Shown piece by piece: positions 56,143-63,856 of a stretch of DNA of 64,000 bases. The DNA is taken from sequence record LT603033, one strand, 5' to 3'. Numbering within the stretch: position 1 is the stretch's first letter; every line of letters begins with the position of its first letter. This DNA is from Escherichia phage vB_Eco_slurp01. Position numbers and translations under genes: made by a program. The notes under the pieces are model-generated. The model searched no databases and was not told the DNA's origin. It saw only the letters and a program-made list of their open reading frames with translations.

Positions 56143-56466
56143 ATGTACATTCATACTACTATCACAAAGGAAGTCCGTTGCCAGTTCGAAAGTATTCCGG
56201 GCGTATGTTTCATCACTGGTACGTTTTCCCCTGGTGATCGTGATAATCCAGTACTGTTACAATTACGCCATCCATCATGGGATAAAGCATTTGATCTACC
56301 GTTGAATGAATTCGCAACTACTGCTGAAAAGTACATTAAAAATATTCGCGAGAATGATCGACTATTCATTAATGCTTTTAGTGATTCCGCGTTAAGCGAG
56401 ATCCACGGCGTATTGGTTGCAATCATGGAATCAATGGAGAAAACTAAATTCAAACAAGGTGAATAA
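56143..56466 (+). CDS. hypothetical protein
   Basis: RBS AGAGGA; 107 aa. Confidence 0.65.
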   Translation: MYIHTTITKEVRCQFESIPGVCFITGTFSPGDRDNPVLLQLRHPSWDKAFDLPLNEFATTAEKYIKNIRENDRLFINAFSDSALSEIHGVLVAIMESMEKTKFKQGE

Positions 56467-56549
56467 AAACTATTGACAAGATAATCTAGTACTGTATAAT
56501 AAGTTACATGAAGGGGAGAAATGATTCTCCCCACTAAGAGGAAAGAAAA

Positions 56550-56762
56550 ATGCAAGGTCAACTAATCGTTCGTAAATGGTCTGATACTAACGAAAAACCG
56601 TGGGATGTACAATACATCGGACCGGATGGGGTATCACGTTATCAGCCAGGCGTAACGCATAGTACTGAGCAATATGCCGCCGCTCACCGCGAACGCCTGT
56701 TAGAATCCATGAAACAGGGATTCTGTGAAAAATTCATTCAAGATCATTGGCTGAAAGATTAA
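56550..56762 (+). CDS. hypothetical protein
   Basis: RBS AAGAGGAA; 70 aa. Confidence 0.6.
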   Translation: MQGQLIVRKWSDTNEKPWDVQYIGPDGVSRYQPGVTHSTEQYAAAHRERLLESMKQGFCEKFIQDHWLKD

Positions 56763-56779
56763 TAGAAGGAGTACAGCTT

Positions 56780-56872
56780 ATGCAAATGAATCCGATGATT
56801 ATTGTTTTAGCTGTACTTATGATCATTCATGCAATAGTAGAAGTATTAACGCAATCAGGAGTAATAAAATGA
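56780..56872 (+). CDS. tiny membrane peptide (30 aa)
   Basis: Strong RBS AAGGAG; hydrophobic. Confidence 0.4.
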   Translation: MQMNPMIIVLAVLMIIHAIVEVLTQSGVIK

Positions 56873-57042
56873 TTCAAGTAGAATTATCAGTACTAAAAGA
56901 TCTGTTTTATCGGATTGGTACTACTGGCGAATATCCGAAGGGTGATAATGCAAAACTTTACGTATCACTCGACTTATGGCAACGCGAACAATTAGCAACG
57001 GCCTGGCGTAAAGGCAAAGCAGATAGCGAGGTGAAAGCATGA
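56869..57042 (+). CDS. small protein (57 aa)
   Basis: ATGA overlap. Confidence 0.45.
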   Translation: MIQVELSVLKDLFYRIGTTGEYPKGDNAKLYVSLDLWQREQLATAWRKGKADSEVKA

Positions 57043-57188
57043 AAGAATTCTTATTTGAAGTAGTGTTTCAAGGTGTCGGTAATAACCAACTGATTCGCTC
57101 AAGTGGTTACAATGTTAACCAGGCATGGAATAACATTAAACAAATGTACCCGAACGCTATCACATATCGCAACCCGAAAGAAGTTTAA
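57039..57188 (+). CDS. small protein (49 aa)
   Basis: ATGA overlap; followed by hairpin/promoter element. Confidence 0.45.
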   Translation: MKEFLFEVVFQGVGNNQLIRSSGYNVNQAWNNIKQMYPNAITYRNPKEV

Positions 57189-57202
57189 AAATAATTGAAA
57201 AA

Positions 57203-57235
57203 GGGATTGACTCCGGTCAGTCCCTTTGCTATTAT
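57203..57235 (+). promoter_or_regulatory. stem-loop/promoter hybrid (variant)
   Basis: GGGATTGAC-TCCG-GTCAGTCCC + TTTGC + TATTAT. Confidence 0.55.
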
Positions 57236-57362
57236 ATACGCATAGAAACAAATCAGCCCACCGGGTGCATAAATGTATCTATTATATGCTGGTGGCTAGT
57301 ACTGAAAACTATTTTTAAAAAGTACTTGCATTGTACTTAGAATCAAGTATAATGTTTTACAT

Positions 57363-57440
57363 CAGGACGGGGAACGAAACAAGTAACCCCGTTAAGTAGT
57401 CCAGGAGTAAGACATAAGAAAACCTCCCCTGATAAAATAG
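57363..57440 (+). ncRNA. conserved roughly 80-nt structured element (copy 2)
   Basis: Near-identical to 47967..48046; between tandem promoters. Confidence 0.35.
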
Positions 57441-57502
57441 TTTGACAATAGAAAGTAAACGAGTATAATACTTACATCAACCACTGATAAGGAAACATAA
57501 AA

Positions 57503-57778
57503 ATGCGGATTCTACTGACAGCTAACGAAATCGAACAAGTACTGACTACTAACCTGGAAGACTGGAAACGTGAAGCAGATATCCAGGCGGTTCAACGGCT
57601 TAACGATGAGTTAACGCCGGATGACTTAAGCAAGATTGTAGATCCTCAATTCTACGAAGATATCCACGACACCGCGTTAAGCGTCGAGGATGTACTAGAT
57701 AAGCACTACATTGATATTGATTTGCAGGTTTACGGTCGTAAAAACTTTATCACTATTCACGACATTTACAATAATTAA
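57503..57778 (+). CDS. hypothetical protein
   Basis: RBS AAGGAAA; 91 aa. Confidence 0.6.
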   Translation: MRILLTANEIEQVLTTNLEDWKREADIQAVQRLNDELTPDDLSKIVDPQFYEDIHDTALSVEDVLDKHYIDIDLQVYGRKNFITIHDIYNN

Positions 57779-57865
57779 GTATTGACAAAGTATCTTAGTA
57801 CTGTATAATAGTTTACATCAAGCGAGGGGAATGGTTCCCCTCCTAACTAAAAGAGAGAAATAAAA

Positions 57866-58048
57866 ATGGCTAAGTGCACTATCTGCAAGAAAGAAATAGT
57901 ATTAGTTCCAAGTGCCCGTGAACGTGCCGCTCGGTTCGGTGGCAAAGCGTCAGACTATACAAAAATGTTTACTACCCATACAGCTTGCCAGGTAGCAAAA
58001 CGTTCACAAGAAAGCGTAGAATTAATGCGTAAACTTTCCAAAAAATAA
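57866..58048 (+). CDS. small Cys-containing protein, possible zinc ribbon
   Basis: CTIC...HTAC pattern; 60 aa. Confidence 0.55.
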   Translation: MAKCTICKKEIVLVPSARERAARFGGKASDYTKMFTTHTACQVAKRSQESVELMRKLSKK

Positions 58049-58136
58049 GTATTGACAAAGTATCTTAGTACTGTATAATAGTTTACATCAAGTGAGGGGA
58101 AACGGTTCCCCTCCTAACAAAGAGAGAGAAATAAAA

Positions 58137-58460
58137 ATGGCTATGATCCTTGCCCAGAAAGTGGAACTGAAAATTGTAACCTCCTTTGACATTAATGTTA
58201 ATCGGTGGACTGATTCACACGGCAATACTTACCACTCTTGCTACGTGTCTGCGTTAATTGGCGACCGCTGGGAAGACCTGGGACACGAAACCTTTACATA
58301 CGGTTACGGTACACAAGGCGAATACACGGGCTTGGAGATCATTAAAGAAACCGTTATAGGTTTCAACCCGAAAGAAAAAGTTATTCACCGCATCGAGGAA
58401 GAGATCAACAAAGAAATAACAGTTCGCTACCACGATGTAAAACGTAAGAAAGACATGTAA
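58137..58460 (+). CDS. hypothetical protein (paralog of 51703..52026)
   Basis: Shared motifs as listed for 51703 ORF. Confidence 0.65.
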   Translation: MAMILAQKVELKIVTSFDINVNRWTDSHGNTYHSCYVSALIGDRWEDLGHETFTYGYGTQGEYTGLEIIKETVIGFNPKEKVIHRIEEEINKEITVRYHDVKRKKDM

Positions 58461-58555
58461 TAGAATCCATTTAAAGTACTATTTGACATTGCCCAGATAG
58501 TACTTTATAATAGACTCTAACTTGTAGTACTAACTCAACTAATAGGATGTATACC

Positions 58556-58951
58556 ATGATTACTAAATTCTACGCTACCCGTGAAGCTGCCCGTATTGTT
58601 GCACGCGAGGAAGGAGCAGCATTTAAAGACATGGGCAAAGATGCACCGAAAGGTCAACGCTGGGCCGTACAGTTCAAAGAAATCTCTGATATCGTGAATT
58701 CACCGGAGCCAGTACTAACAGCAGCAGAACTAAAACGAGCGGATTTACTGGCGGCAGTACTTAACGCACAAGATGAATTTATCGCTGATTCTGATATCAA
58801 AGTACAGACAAACCATACCGCTTGGACTCACGCGGATCACCTGGCAAACCTTAAGCGTCCAAGTGAACTGGTTCGCAACCAGAAAGAGATCCGACACGAC
58901 CGTAAGGGTAATCGTGTAACAGTATACAGTAAACGCCGCCAGGTTATCTAA
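58556..58951 (+). CDS. hypothetical protein (paralog of 47099..47365)
   Basis: Shared motifs FYATREAARI...FKDMG...RKGNRVTVY. Confidence 0.65.
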   Translation: MITKFYATREAARIVAREEGAAFKDMGKDAPKGQRWAVQFKEISDIVNSPEPVLTAAELKRADLLAAVLNAQDEFIADSDIKVQTNHTAWTHADHLANLKRPSELVRNQKEIRHDRKGNRVTVYSKRRQVI

Positions 58952-58973
58952 TAACTTGCAGTACTAACAACAC

Positions 58974-58998
58974 GGCGGGATCAGTTCCCGCCTTTTTT
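58974..58998 (+). terminator. intrinsic terminator
   Basis: GGCGGGA-TCAG-TTCCCGCC + TTTTTT. Confidence 0.7.
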
Positions 58999-59013
58999 AT
59001 AGGATAAACTAAA

Positions 59014-59268
59014 ATGATTAAGGTACAACTATCTAAAGATAATATCTTGCGGGTACACTATAAAGCACCACAGAGAATCATCACAAAGGCCGTACAGCTT
59101 GCTAATGAGTTTATTAATGGTAACCTATTACCAAGGAAGTTAAGCAACGGAAAACTGCGTGTAATCGATGTAGATACTAACAACAGAATAGTAATTGAGA
59201 ACACAGGAAAGATAAACCTATATGAACACCAACAATATAATAAGAAAATAAAACTAATATCACGTTGA
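59014..59268 (+). CDS. hypothetical protein
   Basis: RBS AGGA; 84 aa. Confidence 0.6.
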   Translation: MIKVQLSKDNILRVHYKAPQRIITKAVQLANEFINGNLLPRKLSNGKLRVIDVDTNNRIVIENTGKINLYEHQQYNKKIKLISR

Positions 59269-59321
59269 CAGTACTCAATTGTTTTAGTATTATGTACACA
59301 TACCAACACGGGAGAAACAAA

Positions 59322-59540
59322 ATGAAATTATCTAAAATCGAAAAGAAAACTATTGATGAAGCAGTTAAGCACGGTTATACCTTTCGTAATGATTCACATT
59401 TTACCAATTTTCAACAAGGCCAAAGGACTATTAAAAAACTAATTGACAAAGGTTTATTAGTTAAAGTAGATAACGGTAACGGCATTGAGTATCAGCCAAC
59501 CCAAGACACATTATCTTTAAAGAAATATGCAATTATCTAA
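59322..59540 (+). CDS. hypothetical protein
   Basis: Promoter TTGACAGTACTCAATTGTTTTAGTATTAT upstream; RBS GGGAGAAA. Confidence 0.55.
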   Translation: MKLSKIEKKTIDEAVKHGYTFRNDSHFTNFQQGQRTIKKLIDKGLLVKVDNGNGIEYQPTQDTLSLKKYAII

Positions 59541-59597
59541 TTGACAGTACTCAAATGTTTTAGTACTATATGTACATACCAACACGGGGAAAACAAA

Positions 59598-59840
59598 ATG
59601 ATTACTTTAGAAAAACGTATCAAAGAAACTACATCGCTGGTGGAACTGTTAACAGTACTGAAATGCCGTACTACTCGGTTTAGTACACCGGACTTTATTA
59701 ATATGGTTGATGTTAACGGTCGTTATCGCATTGCAGTAGAACAAGGAACAGCGAAAGTATTCAGTACTAAAAACACTAAGGAAGTGATTCACGCTGTAAG
59801 TGTTAAAAAAGTAGTTGCCATTGATAGTAAAGTACTGTAA
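59598..59840 (+). CDS. hypothetical protein
   Basis: Near-duplicate promoter/leader of previous gene; RBS GGGGAAAA. Confidence 0.55.
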   Translation: MITLEKRIKETTSLVELLTVLKCRTTRFSTPDFINMVDVNGRYRIAVEQGTAKVFSTKNTKEVIHAVSVKKVVAIDSKVL

Positions 59841-59871
59841 GATAGTTTCATTAACTCAAGGAGAACATGCA

Positions 59872-60456
59872 ATGCGTAATTATACTAAATTCATCCGTAC
59901 ACTGTCAGAAATGGAAACCAACAAAGAGATCCTTTCAGCTTGTCGGTTAGCTGGTCTGGAGATCATCGGTGCGGGTTCTTCCCGTATTGTATTCGCTTTA
60001 AATGATCGGTTAGTGATCAAGGTCGCGAATTGTGATGCGGGTGTAGAACAAAATGAAACTGAATGTAAGGTATGGAATTTTTTAGATTATGACCGCCCTC
60101 AATTGAAACAGTACTTTGCAAAGGTGCATATGCATTTATGCGATCCTGATAATATGTTTATCGTTATGGATCGGTTGAGTACTGCAAGTAAAGGCAGTGT
60201 GAAGCACGTTAACGCGTGCAACGAATTAAAGTACAATATTAAACGTAATGCCATTGAACGCCAGCACCGCTTTGCTGATGCACTACAACACGTCGATGAT
60301 ACATTATCAACACTAACGATAAGAGATATCAGAAAACAGAATATCGGCCAGGATCGTAATGGCCTTATTAAAGTACTTGATTACGGTTTAACCCGCAATA
60401 TCTGGAATCAGTACTATAAAAAGCGTGATGTAAAAGCCGTAACTATAACACGATAA
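59872..60456 (+). CDS. kinase-like fold protein (candidate atypical Ser/Thr kinase)
   Basis: RBS AAGGAG; IGAGSSRIV...VIKVA (Gly-loop + Lys), IRDIRKQNIG (catalytic-loop-like), VLDYG (DFG-like). Confidence 0.55.
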   Translation: MRNYTKFIRTLSEMETNKEILSACRLAGLEIIGAGSSRIVFALNDRLVIKVANCDAGVEQNETECKVWNFLDYDRPQLKQYFAKVHMHLCDPDNMFIVMDRLSTASKGSVKHVNACNELKYNIKRNAIERQHRFADALQHVDDTLSTLTIRDIRKQNIGQDRNGLIKVLDYGLTRNIWNQYYKKRDVKAVTITR

Positions 60457-60470
60457 AAAAGATTAAAAAA

Positions 60471-60503
60471 GGGATTGACTCCGGTCAGTCCCTTTGCTAA
60501 TAT
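60471..60503 (+). promoter_or_regulatory. stem-loop/promoter hybrid (variant)
   Basis: GGGATTGACTCCGGTCAGTCCC + TTTGC + TAATAT. Confidence 0.55.
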
Positions 60504-60687
60504 ATATTCATTGAGAGATAACTCACTGACCCACAGGGTGCATAAGTGTATCTATTATATAAGTATTCAGTACTGAAAACTATTTTAAAGTATTTGATAA
60601 AAAGTACTTGCATTGTACTTAGAATCAAGTATAATGTTTTATATCGAGAGGGGGAAATGGTTCTCCCTGGCAATAAGGAATAAAATC

Positions 60688-60909
60688 ATGACTACAATGA
60701 CTTGCATTTACGCTTCCAATCTTCTGAATGATGCGGCCTTTAATGTTGATTCAGAATATCAATGTTATCGGGATGAAAATAAAAAAGTTTTTGTAGTTGA
60801 TAATAATGGTTTCCATATTGAATTACAATCCGGTTTCACTGGTGTTGATGGTAAATCAGTATGGGGCGTACAGGATGATAAAGGCACATATCATTTTAAA
60901 CGTAATTAA
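60688..60909 (+). CDS. hypothetical protein
   Basis: RBS AAGGAA; 73 aa. Confidence 0.6.
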   Translation: MTTMTCIYASNLLNDAAFNVDSEYQCYRDENKKVFVVDNNGFHIELQSGFTGVDGKSVWGVQDDKGTYHFKRN

Positions 60910-60993
60910 GTATTGACAAAGTATCTTAGTACTGTATAATAGTTTACATCAAGGGGAGAATAGTTCTCCCCGATACTAAAAGGAAACAAAATT

Positions 60994-61266
60994 ATGTCCA
61001 GCTACTCCGCTACTATGATCATTAAAGATATGAACGGTAATCCTACTTCTGCTGGTGGATCATTTGGAAACATTAACTTAGATGGTCGGTTATCAATTGA
61101 ATCAGCCATCAATGCAGCGAAAGAAGTTTTTAAGAATGAATGTACTGTTAGTAAGCTGGATTATATGGGATTCGCTATCGAGAAAACTACTCGTTTTGTG
61201 AACTACAAAAATCCACTGATGATTGATACTAACCTGAAAGCTAACGAAGTGGGGTACTTATTATGA
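60994..61266 (+). CDS. hypothetical protein
   Basis: RBS AAAGGAAA; 90 aa. Confidence 0.6.
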   Translation: MSSYSATMIIKDMNGNPTSAGGSFGNINLDGRLSIESAINAAKEVFKNECTVSKLDYMGFAIEKTTRFVNYKNPLMIDTNLKANEVGYLL

Positions 61267-61454
61267 CAGTTGAAGAAGTTAAAAAAGTACTGGCAGTACT
61301 ACGCTATCATAACCATTGCAAGGTTAAGAATGATCCTGATTATGTTGATTCATCCCTGGAGGAAGACACATTAAACGCAATAAGCCATATGCAAACATTA
61401 GCAAAGCGTATGACCGAAAAGAATAGACCGGACTATATCGGAAATAAAATTTAA
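61263..61454 (+). CDS. hypothetical protein
   Basis: ATGA overlap; 63 aa. Confidence 0.55.
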   Translation: MTVEEVKKVLAVLRYHNHCKVKNDPDYVDSSLEEDTLNAISHMQTLAKRMTEKNRPDYIGNKI

Positions 61455-61540
61455 AAAGTACTTGCATTGTAGTTAGATTAACGTATAATGTTTTACATAG
61501 AGCGGGGGAATAGTTCTCCCGCCAGTCCGGGAGATACACC

Positions 61541-61807
61541 ATGAACACTATCGAAATCACTATCAATGCACACGTATACGACAACGTAGTACTGCAAACT
61601 ACTATGACCGCTAATGATACCAGTACTTTGCGGAATACCGTTGTAAGTGCTGTATGTGCTGCAATCGGTGATGTAGCCCTGGAAAATGCAGAACACATCA
61701 ACAACGGTTTCACTATGTGCAAACGTGATAACGCAAAACATATCATCTTAGAAGGTTACGGCGGTGTAGAATATAATCTTTATATGAAAAAAGTACTTGC
61801 AAAGTAA
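61541..61807 (+). CDS. hypothetical protein
   Basis: Promoter/hairpin/RBS module; 88 aa. Confidence 0.6.
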   Translation: MNTIEITINAHVYDNVVLQTTMTANDTSTLRNTVVSAVCAAIGDVALENAEHINNGFTMCKRDNAKHIILEGYGGVEYNLYMKKVLAK

Positions 61808-61872
61808 CTAAAACAAAGTATAATGTTTTGCATAGGGGGAGATATCCTCCCCCACTAATAAGGAGTACTAAA

Positions 61873-62097
61873 ATGGCTAACTTTGATGAACTGATGCGGG
61901 AAGTAGCTAACCTGGCAGAAGAGAAGAAATCATTCGATTCTATCTATAACACCGCTTACAGTGATTCAGTACTGGCATGTACTCAGGATCAAAAAGATGA
62001 ACTAATCGCCACATATCATGAAGCATGGAAGTACTACCGCCAATGGGAGAAAGAAGAAAGCGAGTCTACCATCAACGGCATCAATAATCTAATCTAA
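61873..62097 (+). CDS. hypothetical protein
   Basis: RBS AAGGAG; 74 aa. Confidence 0.6.
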   Translation: MANFDELMREVANLAEEKKSFDSIYNTAYSDSVLACTQDQKDELIATYHEAWKYYRQWEKEESESTINGINNLI

Positions 62098-62172
62098 AGT
62101 TTTATTTCAGTACTATTGACATAGCTTGATAGTACTGATATGATAACTTTACTAACTACAAGGGGAAACATC

Positions 62173-62430
62173 ATGGAACAATTCACACAATATCGGGTAA
62201 ATCCTCAAGCTATGGCCTACGTAGAAGACCATAAAACGTTACCAGTACTGCAACCAGTTAAAGGCCATATCTATCGTGCGATGGCGTGGAGTACTGCCCA
62301 GGATGGCTATAAAACCGTTGCCGTTGGTATGTACTGCGGTAATGGTGAATGGTTTGATCCAAATAATCCGGTAGCAATTGACAGTACTGAAAAAATGAAA
62401 TGGGCCGACTACATCGAAGATATTTCATAA
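62173..62430 (+). CDS. hypothetical protein
   Basis: Promoter TTGACA...; RBS AAGGGGAAA; 85 aa. Confidence 0.6.
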   Translation: MEQFTQYRVNPQAMAYVEDHKTLPVLQPVKGHIYRAMAWSTAQDGYKTVAVGMYCGNGEWFDPNNPVAIDSTEKMKWADYIEDIS

Positions 62431-62520
62431 AAACTATTTGACAGTACTAACCAGTAATGTATAATGTTTTACATAGAGCGGGGGAATAGTTCTCCCGCCA
62501 ATAGTTTGGAGTAAAACATT

Positions 62521-62721
62521 ATGTCTATCGCTCTCGCCCTGGTTGAAGTACTGAAAGAAGCTAAAGCCAACCTTATCGATGTACAGATTAAGGAATTGCA
62601 AAATGGTTTAATCGGCTGTACTTGTACCGCTGGTGGAGCGGCAGACTATCGAGAACACGAATCACTAGAATCGTTGGTCCGGTATCTTACAATCATCGTA
62701 GAAGATTGGAGAATCATCTAA
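62521..62721 (+). CDS. hypothetical protein
   Basis: Hairpin GCGGGGGAA-TAG-TTCTCCCGC upstream; 66 aa. Confidence 0.55.
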   Translation: MSIALALVEVLKEAKANLIDVQIKELQNGLIGCTCTAGGAADYREHESLESLVRYLTIIVEDWRII

Positions 62722-62738
62722 CAAAAAAGAATAAAAAA

Positions 62739-62771
62739 GGGATTGACTCCGGTCAGTCCCTTTGCTATTAT
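62739..62771 (+). promoter_or_regulatory. stem-loop/promoter hybrid (variant)
   Basis: GGGATTGACTCCGGTCAGTCCC + TTTGC + TATTAT. Confidence 0.55.
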
Positions 62772-62964
62772 ATACGCATAGACAAAAACTAGCCCACAGG
62801 GTGCATAGGTGTATCTAAAATATATAGTTAATAACGGTGAGTAACTATCTGCTGGTGGAGTGAAAACTATTAATAAAAAGTATTGACAAAGTATATCAGT
62901 ACTGCAATAATGTATCTCGTAGGGCGGCAATGGTGCGACGGTCCACAAAGTTAGGAGATTCAAA

Positions 62965-63297
62965 ATGAGTACTTCAATCGCTATCGTTAAAGCTTTCATC
63001 CGTACCAATGTTTCATCTGTATTCATCGACGGTCTGGATCGGGAAGTAGAATACTCAATCATTATCGCACAGACTGCAAACGGTGCTCGGTATATCCTTA
63101 ATGATAGTGAAGCAAATCACTACTACTTCACTAAAGCTACTGGCTTTAAACGCATCGATGCTGACGTAGTATACGCTAAGATGAATAAGCTGGTAGACAA
63201 GATTAACGCGAAAGGTACTATCGATTTACAGTACTGGACCGAAACCGATCCAGAATATGGATCTCACCGCTACCTGAATCCAGGTATTAAAATGTAA
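62965..63297 (+). CDS. hypothetical protein
   Basis: RBS TAGGAGA; 110 aa. Confidence 0.65.
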   Translation: MSTSIAIVKAFIRTNVSSVFIDGLDREVEYSIIIAQTANGARYILNDSEANHYYFTKATGFKRIDADVVYAKMNKLVDKINAKGTIDLQYWTETDPEYGSHRYLNPGIKM

Positions 63298-63386
63298 AAA
63301 GTACTTGCATAGTACTTAGAATCAAGTATAATGTTTTACATAGAGAGGGGGAAATGGTTCTCCCTCCTAAATTAAGGAGTTTTATC

Positions 63387-63788
63387 ATGACCTTCTCAAT
63401 CAATTCCTTCGCTGACGTTTTAGTACTGGCTCGGACTTTTGGTAAAGATGCACTGGAGTACGCTGTAAGTAATGGTACTATCCAACCGGAACAGTGCCGC
63501 ATCATTGGAAACTGCAAACGTTGGGCGGTATCCAATACTATTGCACTGGAAAACTTCCACGATGGCAACAATGAATATTCTGTTGATGTAGTATTCGAAG
63601 CCGTTGATCTCGGCGGTATCTATAATACTAACCTGAATGATGTGCGTATCGTTCGCACGGGGTTCGGTGCTTATGATGTATCTATTCGTGAAGCTATGAA
63701 CACCGGATACATTAGCAAGGACTTACTTGCTCACATCATGCAGCTGTGTACGGAACGTAACGAAGCACGCACTATCTTAGGACTGTAA
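63387..63788 (+). CDS. hypothetical protein
   Basis: RBS AAGGAG; 133 aa. Confidence 0.65.
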   Translation: MTFSINSFADVLVLARTFGKDALEYAVSNGTIQPEQCRIIGNCKRWAVSNTIALENFHDGNNEYSVDVVFEAVDLGGIYNTNLNDVRIVRTGFGAYDVSIREAMNTGYISKDLLAHIMQLCTERNEARTILGL

Positions 63789-63812
63789 GCGTTACACATC
63801 ACCAAACATCAT

Positions 63813-63832
63813 AGGCCGCCTTGTAGCGGCCT
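63813..63832 (+). terminator. GC-rich hairpin (weak terminator candidate)
   Basis: AGGCCGC-CTTGTA-GCGGCCT; no clear U-tract. Confidence 0.35.
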
Positions 63833-63856
63833 TAACTATATCAGGAGGGCATACAT

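Noticed and set aside
56151-56561. 136-aa minus-strand ORF opposite 56143..56466
   Set aside because: Antisense to an RBS-supported gene within a strictly plus-strand operon-like block; the same applies to 61324..61746, 62718..63062, 63287..63571, 6927..7268 and 50588..50875.
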